Below are positions 32,235 to 41,749 of a DNA stretch of 55,407 bases, piece after piece (position 1 is the stretch's first letter; the number at the start of each line of letters is the position of its first letter). A program made the position numbers and the translations under genes. The notes beneath the pieces were generated by a model. It was not told where the DNA came from and ran no database searches. It saw only the letters and a program-made list of their open reading frames with translations. This DNA comes from an uncultured virus (IMG/VR IMGVR_UViG_3300013382_000005) (Duplodnaviria > Heunggongvirae > Uroviricota > Caudoviricetes), in the IMG/VR virus record IMGVR_UViG_3300013382_000005; one strand, 5' to 3'.

Positions 32235-32696
32235 CTANNNNNNNNNNCGTTTTTTGTCACCATTGCTGAAATTTGAATCGTATTTTATTTTATCCTGATC
32301 TAATATTTTTTCAGGAGAAAATAATGATCTATCTACTCTAGGTGAATAAAGTTTCGATCTCTCTTCTTTAACCTGTTTGCAATATGCATCACGAATCTGA
32401 TTAAGTCTTGTAATTGTAAGCTTGATATTACTATCTGCATTACTCATTGCAGAGATATAAGCTAATTCTTCTTTAAGATATCTACGCTTAATAAGCGTAT
32501 CTCTTAATCTTACTACTATTTGAGTAAGTTGTATTGCGTCCAGGCGTTCAAATTCAAGACAATGCTGTAGATCAACAATTGTTTTATCACATTCACTTAG
32601 TTGACTATTACATTCATCTTTATATACATTCAAATCTTTAAGGATTTTAGTCAAGCTATTCACTGTATTAGGTAAGTCAATGAATTTTGAATCCAT
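32235..32696 (-). CDS. Hypothetical coiled-coil protein (3' end in an N gap)
   Basis: LS..DK...DL.H.LE...RR..K...YSPR pattern. Confidence 0.7.
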   Translation of the reverse strand: MDSKFIDLPNTVNSLTKILKDLNVYKDECNSQLSECDKTIVDLQHCLEFERLDAIQLTQIVVRLRDTLIKRRYLKEELAYISAMSNADSNIKLTITRLNQIRDAYCKQVKEERSKLYSPRVDRSLFSPEKILDQDKIKYDSNFSNGDKKXXXX

Positions 32697-32706
32697 ATAT
32701 ATTTCC

Positions 32707-33489
32707 TTACTTTTGTTCTGTGCATGGATGTTCTTCAGGGCAGTATCCTAAATACTTTCCTAAATACTTACATTTTGGCACAAAATAAGTATCTACGATA
32801 TATTTCCATTCGGGAGAATAAGCGCTTAAGGCATTTTCAATATCCGAAAACAAGTTTCGGAATTCCCAGTATGCTCTCTTACATTTTCTCTGATGAGACA
32901 TATCTATAAGGGTTCTTAAATTGATTTTACAAACTACGGTAGTTGTCATACCAAGAGGAAGTATATTTGCCACATCTTCTTTTGGTGCCCCAAGATCTTC
33001 AAGCTGCTGACCTGTTTCTCTTATAATTTTCATAAGAGCTTTATATCTTGCTAAAGCTTCAGGCATACTTGCTATACTATCAGGGATAATATATTCAAAT
33101 CCCTTTTTAGAATAGTCTATATAACGAGTACTAGATTGAAGTCTTGTCGGCAATCCACCTATATGAGTATAAAATTCTCTTACAACTCTTGCAGAATAAC
33201 CTTCAAGAACCATATAAATATCTGGAAATTCTAATGGGCGTCCATGCTGAGATTTAAGGCAGTTCATGCCACGCTTAAAATTCTTTTCTTCATCTTCTGT
33301 ATCTGCGCCATAACAAACACCTGCCATTTCTCCTATTAATCTAATAGGATCTGAGCAGGTGTGATCTGTTTTTATAATGACCTTATTGAACCTTCCACGA
33401 CTAAAGTCGCGAGATTCCTGCTTCATAGACCTTGCAACCTCAGTCTCCACAGGCTTAATTTCCGTAGTTCCTACGGTACTATTTTTCAT
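32707..33489 (-). CDS. thyX: Flavin-dependent thymidylate synthase with IS-derived N-terminal extension
   Basis: AGVCY, H..PLEF, SARV.RE.YTH, QSSTRY, EDVANILP, NLR.L...QR.C.RAYWE.R. The first ~34 aa are encoded by the IS right end. Confidence 0.9.
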   Translation of the reverse strand: MKNSTVGTTEIKPVETEVARSMKQESRDFSRGRFNKVIIKTDHTCSDPIRLIGEMAGVCYGADTEDEEKNFKRGMNCLKSQHGRPLEFPDIYMVLEGYSARVVREFYTHIGGLPTRLQSSTRYIDYSKKGFEYIIPDSIASMPEALARYKALMKIIRETGQQLEDLGAPKEDVANILPLGMTTTVVCKINLRTLIDMSHQRKCKRAYWEFRNLFSDIENALSAYSPEWKYIVDTYFVPKCKYLGKYLGYCPEEHPCTEQK

Positions 33490-34650
33490 AACTGTTTTAT
33501 TCCTTCATTTAAAATATTAATTGCGGCATTAATGTCTCGGTCATGTGTTGTACCGCATTGCGGACAAACCCATTCTCGAACAGATAAATCTTTAGTATTT
33601 GAATTAATATAACCACATACATGACACGTTTGACTTGAAGGAACAAAGCGTCCAATCTTGATATATTGTCGATCATTCCATTCCGCTTTATATGTTAATT
33701 GTTGTGTTAGTTCAAACCATCCACAATCGTATATGGCCTTCGCAAGATTGTGATTCTTCACCATATTGCTAATTGCCAGATCTTCACTAACTATCACTTG
33801 GTTTTCGCTGATAAGCTTATGAGAAATTTTGTGTAGGTAATCAACTCTAGTGTTATGAATCTTTTCGTGGATTTTTGCAACCTTGATCCGTTGTTTGTTG
33901 TAATTGTTGCTACCTTTGATTTTACGAGATAATAGCCTTTGTGCTCTCGCAAGTCTTCCTTCGTACCTCTTTGCTATGCGTTGGTTATTATACTTCTGAC
34001 CGCCTGATGTAATAAGCAAGTCCTTAATGCCAAGGTCAATCCCGATCTTACCATCAGTCGATGGAAGTTTCTTATGTTCAGTCTCGACAAGAACTGATAC
34101 AAAATATTTACCAGATGGTGTCTGTGATACCGTTGCGTTTTTTATCTGACCATAGAACGGTCGACTAAGTTTTGCTTTGATGAGCTTTAATTTCGGAAGT
34201 TGAATCTTATTCTGATCGAACAGAATCTTAATGTTTCCCTTTCCGCTTGTTGCGGTTGTATACGAATTCCTGTGATTGTGCTTACTGCGAAACTTCGGAT
34301 AACCCGAATGAAGTTTGAAGAATCGTTGATAAGCATTGTCCATCGCAAATACTGCATATTCGAGTGTAAATTTATCAACCTCTTTGAGCCATAAATTCTC
34401 ACTTTTTAAGACACGGGTATAATACAAACAATCTAATTTGCTCATCGATTTCTTTTCTGTCTCATATAATTTCTTTCGATAAGCAAGGACCTGGTTATAT
34501 ACGAATCGGCAACAGCCAAACGTTTTCTGAATTAGCTTTTCTTGTTCCTTGTTCGGATATATTCGATACTTATATGCTTTAAGTATTATGTATCACCTGT
34601 TTTTGTTCGTTTACTCATGACTAAAGTCACGATGGTATGCTAGCGTCTTA
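33386..34650 (-). mobile_element. tnpB-only IS200/IS605 (IS1341-like) element inserted 5 nt into thyX
   Basis: Left hairpin CGTGACTTTAGTCATG; right hairpin CGCGACTTTAGTCGTG then GGTTCAA; removal gives ATG AG|T AAG GTC ATT (MSKVII). Confidence 0.9.
33486..34586 (-). CDS. tnpB: TnpB RNA-guided endonuclease; ATA at the expected start
   Basis: Frame extends upstream of the track start to LKAYKYRIYP...FGCCRFVYN after SD AGGTG; GIDLG, SEDL, HDRDINAA intact. Confidence 0.9.
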   Translation of the reverse strand: MLKAYKYRIYPNKEQEKLIQKTFGCCRFVYNQVLAYRKKLYETEKKSMSKLDCLYYTRVLKSENLWLKEVDKFTLEYAVFAMDNAYQRFFKLHSGYPKFRSKHNHRNSYTTATSGKGNIKILFDQNKIQLPKLKLIKAKLSRPFYGQIKNATVSQTPSGKYFVSVLVETEHKKLPSTDGKIGIDLGIKDLLITSGGQKYNNQRIAKRYEGRLARAQRLLSRKIKGSNNYNKQRIKVAKIHEKIHNTRVDYLHKISHKLISENQVIVSEDLAISNMVKNHNLAKAIYDCGWFELTQQLTYKAEWNDRQYIKIGRFVPSSQTCHVCGYINSNTKDLSVREWVCPQCGTTHDRDINAAINILNEGIKQL

Positions 34651-35100
34651 CTCATAGATCTGTACCTCAAGATCTTCGAGCGATGACAGATACTTGATCA
34701 TTAGCGGTTTAACTGTGCCCTCCCAGTCAAGTCCGCCAAGGCCACAACCTATTCTTGGAAATGCTACAGAATGTATACCTACATCTTTATAAGTTTCCAC
34801 AAAATTCTGTAGACCCTTTTCAATATAATCTATAGTAGACTTACTCTTCCAATGTTTCTTAGTAGGGAAGAGAATAATGTCGCGCTCATCACACTTACTG
34901 CCAGGATAATAATAAAGCTTGCCAATATCAATCAAATGATACTGGCAAGCTTTCTTGTATTCTGTAAACATCTTTGGATACCTATTCTTAAAATCGAGCG
35001 CAAGTCCTTTGCCCATAACACCTACCGTATTGACAGGATTAACAATAACCTGAGCATCACTATCAAAGATGTTTTCATTTTTCTTAAATGTAACCATCAT
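34648..35100 (-). CDS. Macrodomain ADP-ribosylhydrolase (DarG-like)
   Basis: IVNPVNTVGVMGKGLA..FK, FPTK.HW, AFPRIGCGLGGL.W. Confidence 0.9.
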   Translation of the reverse strand: MMVTFKKNENIFDSDAQVIVNPVNTVGVMGKGLALDFKNRYPKMFTEYKKACQYHLIDIGKLYYYPGSKCDERDIILFPTKKHWKSKSTIDYIEKGLQNFVETYKDVGIHSVAFPRIGCGLGGLDWEGTVKPLMIKYLSSLEDLEVQIYE

Positions 35101-35119
35101 ATATACTCCTTTCGTTTGA

Positions 35120-35338
35120 TTATTCTATATTTGCAATGTATTTAAGTGAATCAATTGAAAGCTCTTTAGCAGTAAAAAGAATTTGCTGTGTATTATCAAG
35201 CAACTGTTTTACGTTCTCAAGCATATTCGCGTCAATACACTTCTTACACAATTCTATTGAAGTATTGATAGTATCAAAAGAATTGCCTAATGCATTACAA
35301 GTACGTCTTGCTATATTTTGATTCTTCTTAGATACCAT
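35120..35338 (-). CDS. Hypothetical protein
   Basis: 72-aa ORF in the operon. Confidence 0.55.
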   Translation of the reverse strand: MVSKKNQNIARRTCNALGNSFDTINTSIELCKKCIDANMLENVKQLLDNTQQILFTAKELSIDSLKYIANIE

Positions 35339-35516
35339 GTATATTTAATAGTAAATTGGTTATATCGACCATCTGATCTATAAGAATATCGATATAACTA
35401 TATAGATCTTGAATCGTATATTTTTCATCACTGTCTAGCATCATTTCTCGAAGATCCAATAAATGATTTTTCGTTGATTCCAACTTATCATTTATAGCGA
35501 TATAATTCGGAGTCAT
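35328..35516 (-). CDS. Hypothetical protein
   Basis: 62-aa ORF coupled to the dUTPase stop. Confidence 0.55.
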   Translation of the reverse strand: MTPNYIAINDKLESTKNHLLDLREMMLDSDEKYTIQDLYSYIDILIDQMVDITNLLLNIHGI

Positions 35517-35986
35517 TACTTACCAGTACTTCCAAAGCCACCAGTACGAGTCTGATGGCTCTCCTCTCCGATAGGAGCATACTTCATAAGAATGCCCTGT
35601 ACAAGCTTGTCGCCTTCTCTAATAATATATGGCTCCTTGCTATAATTATAAAGGTTGAAACCAATATTTCCATCATTTTTTTCATTATTAGCATAATCGG
35701 CATCTATGATACCAACAGTATTCATAAGCATAATGCCTTTAGAACCAAGAGAGCTACGCGGAAAGATTGCGAGCACTTCATCGAAATTCATAATGGCCTT
35801 CAGATCACTCCAGATCATACAGGACTCTCCCGGCTCAATTCTCACTGTAATAGGAGAAAAGAAATCACATGCTGCCGAAGCCATAGTACTTCTTACAGGC
35901 ATGCTGATATTTGCATCTGGATTCTTTCTATGTTCGTCCTTAACGATCTCAAAACGAGGCTTAATTGTCTGATTAGTTAAAATCAT
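35516..35986 (-). CDS. dut: Trimeric dUTPase
   Basis: SAACD, PRSSLG, GIIDADY, GDKLVQG, RTGGFGSTG; probable start at 35986. Confidence 0.93.
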   Translation of the reverse strand: MILTNQTIKPRFEIVKDEHRKNPDANISMPVRSTMASAACDFFSPITVRIEPGESCMIWSDLKAIMNFDEVLAIFPRSSLGSKGIMLMNTVGIIDADYANNEKNDGNIGFNLYNYSKEPYIIREGDKLVQGILMKYAPIGEESHQTRTGGFGSTGK

Positions 35987-36003
35987 ATTATTCTTCTTTC
36001 TAT

Positions 36004-36627
36004 TTAAAAATTTAAACTTTTGCAAATATTATCTACTTTTATTGTATTGCCATTATCAAATATTTTATCAAATTCTTCGTACATACTTTGACGTTTATCA
36101 ATGTATAACATTGATTTCTCTAAAATAGATTCAAGATTATTGGCCTGATCTATACTGTTTATTTTGAGCTTGTAAAAATACTGACGCTTTTCAATTGCTT
36201 CAATACAAGAATCCCAGTTTTTTTCTACATATTCTAATGCACGCTTATTTTTATCTGAATTGTTTATATATTGTCTGTTTAATCTATCTAATAAGTCTTC
36301 TGTCTTGTATCGATTTTCTAATCTTTTTAGCCATTCATCTTTCAAAGATTTATCTGGATATACAATAATCATAGTTGGCATAGAACTAAATCGTTTTTCT
36401 TCAAGATAATCTTGGACTACATCATGACTAGAAACGAAAACATGATGATTCTTAGAAAGATATATAGCGGTATTCACATATTCTTTATACCAATTTTCGT
36501 GCCGTTTGCCCTCTACTATAAATGCGCTTGACTCTAGATCAATGCAATCAAGATTCTCTTTACACATTGTGGTTTTTCCTACGCCAGGAAAACCGATAAT
36601 AATATAATGATTGCAACGATTGCCCAT
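36004..36627 (-). CDS. P-loop NTPase/kinase-like protein
   Basis: IIGFPGVGKT, IDLESS.F. Confidence 0.7.
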   Translation of the reverse strand: MGNRCNHYIIIGFPGVGKTTMCKENLDCIDLESSAFIVEGKRHENWYKEYVNTAIYLSKNHHVFVSSHDVVQDYLEEKRFSSMPTMIIVYPDKSLKDEWLKRLENRYKTEDLLDRLNRQYINNSDKNKRALEYVEKNWDSCIEAIEKRQYFYKLKINSIDQANNLESILEKSMLYIDKRQSMYEEFDKIFDNGNTIKVDNICKSLNF

Positions 36628-36628
36628 A

Positions 36629-37057
36629 TTAAATTCCTTTAATTAGATCTGCAATATTATTAAGCTGAAGTTCTTTCTGCTTATCTTCAGAAAGCAACTT
36701 ATCAAGCTGACTTTTTAATTCAGTACACTGATTGGACTTTTGTGTCCATTCAAGCATACTTGCACGCTGATGTAGATCATACATCCAATTATCAATGCTA
36801 AAGCCTTCGTATATTACTGTCATAGGATCAATATTAAGATTTGTTGCTGACAAATACAACGAATTAAAATATACAAGATAAAAATTCACATTGCCAATAT
36901 CTAACGTATGAATATTTATCTTGTTATTATTAAATGTAAAAATACAAGTCGTTTTAGGACTGAAAGTAGGTTTTTCCCCTAAATCCTTTTCTTTCGTCTT
37001 TATGTTTTCAATCAATCGAAGTACATAGTTGTCTCTTTCACTGTCCATTTCTCCCAT
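36629..37057 (-). CDS. Hypothetical protein
   Basis: 142-aa ORF. Confidence 0.7.
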   Translation of the reverse strand: MGEMDSERDNYVLRLIENIKTKEKDLGEKPTFSPKTTCIFTFNNNKINIHTLDIGNVNFYLVYFNSLYLSATNLNIDPMTVIYEGFSIDNWMYDLHQRASMLEWTQKSNQCTELKSQLDKLLSEDKQKELQLNNIADLIKGI

Positions 37058-38307
37058 CCTCTCTCTGTTAACATTTGTTTTCCATTAGTTAAATATCTAT
37101 CATATTTAATCGGCTTAATAAAATCATATAATTCTTCTATTGAATCTGTTTCAAGTATGGTAATTCTGTCATTACCATGCGCTTTATTATAACAAACATA
37201 CTTGTTGCTATCTGAATAATAAAATGCATCAATATTATCATATGAACGTTTATTAAATTTTGTAGCATCTATTTCTAAATATTCTTTATCTTTATACCAA
37301 TAGCCCAAATCTTTTTTACTGCTATCTATTGGTATAAGATCATTAATTATCTTTTTAAAACGTTCAAATGGACATATATATTTTTTAGTAGCACTATAAT
37401 CTATAGCGTTAAAATACGAATCATGTTCAAACACATCGAGATATTGTGGATATTCAAGGCACGGATTCTCACTTACAGAATATACGAAATTCTTTGGCAA
37501 TGAACTATATATCATAATAGCATTATAAAACTTTGTTTCATTGGATTTATAGAATACAAATTTTTTATTTTTGCTTTGTTCGGACTTATATTTATAATCT
37601 GCCTTATAAGCTCTAGTATTATTTATTTCTGAGAAAATATCATCATGCCAAGTATTATCAATATTTTCGCTCCATTCTCCTACTTTATAAGTAGTATACC
37701 AATACGATGGTTTTTCACGATAACAAAATGCTTCGCAATCTTTATACGTATACATTTTACCTATATAGACAAGAGGAGTACCATCTATCTTATAATAAGT
37801 ATATCCTACCTTTAAATCTTTGGCAGATATGGGCTTATCATTATATAATGTATTAGCTCTATTTGTAAATTCTTTGTATTCTGGAGCTGATGTAGGTATA
37901 AGTAAAAGATCTGTGCCATCCCATCCGTATACAAAATCTCCTTCTAGTCCTTTGCCTTTAATTGAACTAGTATTTTCAAGAATATATAAGAGATTAGGAA
38001 CAGTAATTTCGAATTCAAAATCGCGTGGATCATAAACTCTTATATAAGTCTGACGCATATTATAATAGTCCTGGTATCCACCGACTTTCTTATTTAATAC
38101 AAAACCAGAGATCGGAGTATTATCAATTTCAAGAGGCTCTATGTTTTTGTCGCGCCAATTTTCCCAAGATATTTGCTTACGAAGCTTGCCCGCATTATCA
38201 TAATAAATGACATAAGCAAGTTTTCCTGTATATGTGCCATCTCTATTATTAAAACCTACTTTAAGCTTCTGTGGAATAAATATGTTTGACATCTTATTGA
38301 TCCTCAT
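37012..38307 (-). CDS. Hypothetical phage protein
   Basis: 431-aa ORF; N-terminal KLAYVIYYD..GKLRK..SW..WRD, VYDPRDFEFEI. Confidence 0.75.
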   Translation of the reverse strand: MRINKMSNIFIPQKLKVGFNNRDGTYTGKLAYVIYYDNAGKLRKQISWENWRDKNIEPLEIDNTPISGFVLNKKVGGYQDYYNMRQTYIRVYDPRDFEFEITVPNLLYILENTSSIKGKGLEGDFVYGWDGTDLLLIPTSAPEYKEFTNRANTLYNDKPISAKDLKVGYTYYKIDGTPLVYIGKMYTYKDCEAFCYREKPSYWYTTYKVGEWSENIDNTWHDDIFSEINNTRAYKADYKYKSEQSKNKKFVFYKSNETKFYNAIMIYSSLPKNFVYSVSENPCLEYPQYLDVFEHDSYFNAIDYSATKKYICPFERFKKIINDLIPIDSSKKDLGYWYKDKEYLEIDATKFNKRSYDNIDAFYYSDSNKYVCYNKAHGNDRITILETDSIEELYDFIKPIKYDRYLTNGKQMLTERGWEKWTVKETTMYFD

Positions 38308-38587
38308 TAGTTAATGTATATGCTACTACATTTTCATGAAACATATAAAACAATAATCCTTCAAGCTCATCTACATAATAGTTTTTACCAATATATGGAT
38401 ATGAAGGATCATTGATATGATCAAAAGCCTCATAATCAATTGCTTCTATATAATGTTCATATTCTTTAGCTTTTTCTATCATAGCAGCAGGATTCTTACA
38501 AACGATAATGCTATTTGGATCTTTTGCTGCAAGCTCAATAAGCTTTCTTGTCTTACCAGTACAATTGCCTGAAATAATATGTATCAT
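38294..38587 (-). CDS. Small P-loop-like protein
   Basis: IISG..TGKT..LI...VDE. Confidence 0.6.
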   Translation of the reverse strand: MIHIISGNCTGKTRKLIELAAKDPNSIIVCKNPAAMIEKAKEYEHYIEAIDYEAFDHINDPSYPYIGKNYYVDELEGLLFYMFHENVVAYTLTNEDQ

Positions 38588-38599
38588 AGTATAAACTCC

Positions 38600-38932
38600 T
38601 TAATTACTCTGTGACCGTAGTATCATCCAAATAAGCCAAAGACCACCTGTTATACATATCATAAATACATCAAATAAAAATGAAAAAAATGTATAACGCT
38701 TCTTTGGCTTTACTATAGCAGTAGACTTTGCTATTGCATTGGCATTAGTGTTATTATTGATAACAATCGGTGTATCATCTTTTTTGGATTGTTCATATTT
38801 TAGCATTTCTACTTGTCTGCCACACTTAGGGCAGATAACTGCATCAAAAGCAATTTTTTCACCACAATACATACAAAACTTTGTTTTATATTGCGCATCT
38901 GTATTCGAAGATATATTTTCGTTATTATCCAT
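38600..38932 (-). CDS. Zinc-ribbon membrane protein
   Basis: KFCMYCG......VICPKCG; hydrophobic C-terminus TGGLWLIW. Confidence 0.7.
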   Translation of the reverse strand: MDNNENISSNTDAQYKTKFCMYCGEKIAFDAVICPKCGRQVEMLKYEQSKKDDTPIVINNNTNANAIAKSTAIVKPKKRYTFFSFLFDVFMICITGGLWLIWMILRSQSN

Positions 38933-38944
38933 AATTATAGTTCC

Positions 38945-39229
38945 TTATCGAATACTTGAAGTAACATATAAATTATATTTATGGCCATTATCAATAATTT
39001 GACAATAGCCATAATCAAGATCGAATTCGTATGTATCTTGATCAATTTGCTGCGCATAGTTTTTCGCACACATATCTCTTATTATTTTATGACTATTCTC
39101 ATTATCAATTATAGTAGCAATATATCCGCTTTCACAATCATTTTTATATGGCGCAATATATTTAATATCAAATGGATGAAACGGCTCTAATAACTTTTCA
39201 AATTCTTCTTTAATTATGTTATTATTCAA
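38945..39229 (-). CDS. Hypothetical protein
   Basis: 94-aa ORF overlapping the ligase stop. Confidence 0.55.
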   Translation of the reverse strand: MNNNIIKEEFEKLLEPFHPFDIKYIAPYKNDCESGYIATIIDNENSHKIIRDMCAKNYAQQIDQDTYEFDLDYGYCQIIDNGHKYNLYVTSSIR

Positions 39230-40530
39230 TTATAACTCTCCGTATCTTTATCTTCTCTTACTGTTACAAAAACAGGGAACTGAAGACTTTCCAATCCTGT
39301 ATCTTTATTTGTAGAAACATCTTTATATTTAACTTCGATGATTTTACCAATCATTTCATTGCGTTTATTCCAGAATTCTATGCTTTCGTCGTAGGTATAT
39401 CCTGGCACATTAAGACTATTTCCTTTATAATCTACGATAAAAGAGCCAAGCCGGTTTCTGTTCTTATGCTCTTTATATCCTGTTATTTTTAAATCTACAG
39501 TATGAAAAGTCTTTACCTTTAAGATTCCTGCATGACGTTTACAAAGATACTGTACATCTTTATTGATCATGCAACCTTCTTTACCTTCTTCATCCATCTT
39601 ATGAAGATAATATTTTATCTTGCTCTGATCATAACCATGATAGAATCTCTCAATAACAGAAAGAGTGGGGAAGGGACCCGGCAACTTTTCTTTAAGATAC
39701 TGATCCAGATAATTAAGATACTGTAATCTCTGAGCATATGTCTCAAGACTACGATTCTCATCTAGGAAATGATTTAAAGGAAATATATCAAAAATAATAT
39801 ACTGAATTTCAGTTTTATCTTCATCAGAATCAGTATTGATTATACCTGTGCCAATTCTGAGATTTTCATTCTCGGACATATTATCTATGTTTTTACGGAT
39901 GATTTCGCCATCAATAAAATAAGAATCCAAGCCTAAATCATATATTGCTTTCTTAATATGATTCAGTCCCTTGAATTCTTTATTCTGACGACTTAGTAAT
40001 CGTCCTCTATAAAATGTACATCTTGTACCATTAGCTTTTCTGCTTATTGCAAACCACTCATTAGGTTTTAATGGATGGTCATCAATCAAATATGCCTGTT
40101 GTACCTGCCATTCTTTTATAAAAGCGTCTCCATAGATACTATTTATAACTTTAGTATTGATTCCTATAACAAGATCTTTTGTAATAATAGATTTAACGAA
40201 ATTCTCTTGTTCAACATTATCACATTGGTTATCTATAAAGTCTTGACAAGCAGCTATATCACAATCTCTGCCAGTATTATTCTTTTTCAGATAATCATAT
40301 AATTCGGAAAGGTTATTTATGACGGCGCATTCAATCTTTTCATCTGTTGCTTTATTTAATTTCTTTTTGTCTATGCCAGTTACTATAGTTTTGTCATAGA
40401 CAAACTTAAGCATATCTGTAAAATCTTTATTATGTTTTTCTCTTCTTAGAATCGCTTGCTTATCAGAAGTGGCAGAAACATTTTTGATTTCATTAGATAT
40501 ACTTAAAAGATTTTCTAGTGTATTATCCAT
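39226..40530 (-). CDS. ATP-dependent DNA ligase
   Basis: Motif I KANGTR, IDGEI, IFDI, EGCMIN, LKVK, SLQFPVF..VREDK. Confidence 0.93.
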   Translation of the reverse strand: MDNTLENLLSISNEIKNVSATSDKQAILRREKHNKDFTDMLKFVYDKTIVTGIDKKKLNKATDEKIECAVINNLSELYDYLKKNNTGRDCDIAACQDFIDNQCDNVEQENFVKSIITKDLVIGINTKVINSIYGDAFIKEWQVQQAYLIDDHPLKPNEWFAISRKANGTRCTFYRGRLLSRQNKEFKGLNHIKKAIYDLGLDSYFIDGEIIRKNIDNMSENENLRIGTGIINTDSDEDKTEIQYIIFDIFPLNHFLDENRSLETYAQRLQYLNYLDQYLKEKLPGPFPTLSVIERFYHGYDQSKIKYYLHKMDEEGKEGCMINKDVQYLCKRHAGILKVKTFHTVDLKITGYKEHKNRNRLGSFIVDYKGNSLNVPGYTYDESIEFWNKRNEMIGKIIEVKYKDVSTNKDTGLESLQFPVFVTVREDKDTESYN

Positions 40531-40537
40531 TTATTTT

Positions 40538-41188
40538 TTAATACCATTCGCAATAAAATAATGCAGTATCTTGTGTAGTAGTGTGTAATGGCAGTGTTTC
40601 AATCTGACCATTATTATACTGAGAGCATTCAAATGGATAATTCAACTGATCCATTATAAATTGTCTGAGCATAAATTCCGGAATCATATAATAACCACAA
40701 TTCTCTACTTCAGTTTCATAATATCTACCGAGTTGATTATGAAACCATTTTTGTATGTCGTATTCTTTGCGCCAATATTTTTCTTCTTCATACTTACATA
40801 CATAACAATGTTTTGTTACATTATCAGTATATTTTCTATCTAATATATATTGTGGTATACATATTCTTTTTTCTGCACCATTGTCATTTTGAATAGTATA
40901 TATCCAGTCTTGTGAATTTGTATTAAGAGCGTAATTTTTATTTTTATCTATACCATAATCGGCATACATACGATCAAAATCTGTTTCTCTATAAACAACA
41001 TCTATCATTGCACAATATGGTTCTAATTGTTGATAACAGCTTTCATAAATTTCTTTATCTGGTATTTTAATATAGTCATATAATTCTGGATCTTCTGATT
41101 TATATACCTTTTTTAAGTCAAGATATGTATCTTTATTATCATTTGTATTTGGTCTTGTAATTCTATAAATATTTATATCCAGACCCAT
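40538..41188 (-). CDS. Hypothetical phage protein
   Basis: MGLD... and YWRK...I..WF...ENC motifs. Confidence 0.7.
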   Translation of the reverse strand: MGLDINIYRITRPNTNDNKDTYLDLKKVYKSEDPELYDYIKIPDKEIYESCYQQLEPYCAMIDVVYRETDFDRMYADYGIDKNKNYALNTNSQDWIYTIQNDNGAEKRICIPQYILDRKYTDNVTKHCYVCKYEEEKYWRKEYDIQKWFHNQLGRYYETEVENCGYYMIPEFMLRQFIMDQLNYPFECSQYNNGQIETLPLHTTTQDTALFYCEWY

Positions 41189-41191
41189 ATA

Positions 41192-41749
41192 TTATTTAAC
41201 CTCCATAACAATAGGTTCAGTGTTCTGCACACTACATGTACTACAAAAATGACAAGCAGTATATATAGCTTGAGCTACTGTTGCACCGTTATATAATGCA
41301 CCAAATGCATAAGATTCTCCAGAACCTATCGCAGTATAATCATTAACTGGCATAATTCCACCAGAATTAAATACATAAGCCTGATTTTCAAAAGCAATAA
41401 TATACGAAGTCTCATTTATAGAGTATGTATCGTCACCAAATACTTCTTTTGCTTTATTTCTATAATCTATAAAAAGCTTATATAGGTCTGGTATTGCGCA
41501 TTCAGTAGATATAACAAATTCATTTCTACTTATTTTTTCAGGAATTACTATGTCATATAAAATAGACATATCTTTTTGCAATCCTACTCCTGCTATATAA
41601 AAATTAGTAGACAAATGATTTTGAAAATACCTAAGTTTAGAATATTTTATATGCGTCGTATCTATGCAATCTGAATTTTCTCTGAACCATGCACAATCAG
41701 CACCAATTGTATAAACACCATTTTCTCTCTTAATAACTGCTATGCTCAT
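41192..41749 (-). CDS. Ntn-hydrolase / proteasome beta (HslV)-like protein
   Basis: MSIAV.......IGAD and YTAIGSG.SYA.GAL..GA....A...A. Confidence 0.65.
   Translation of the reverse strand: MSIAVIKRENGVYTIGADCAWFRENSDCIDTTHIKYSKLRYFQNHLSTNFYIAGVGLQKDMSILYDIVIPEKISRNEFVISTECAIPDLYKLFIDYRNKAKEVFGDDTYSINETSYIIAFENQAYVFNSGGIMPVNDYTAIGSGESYAFGALYNGATVAQAIYTACHFCSTCSVQNTEPIVMEVK

Noticed and set aside
30465..32247. Two N runs as frameshifts or insertion sites
   Set aside because: They are assembly gaps of unknown true length; nothing can be concluded about their content.
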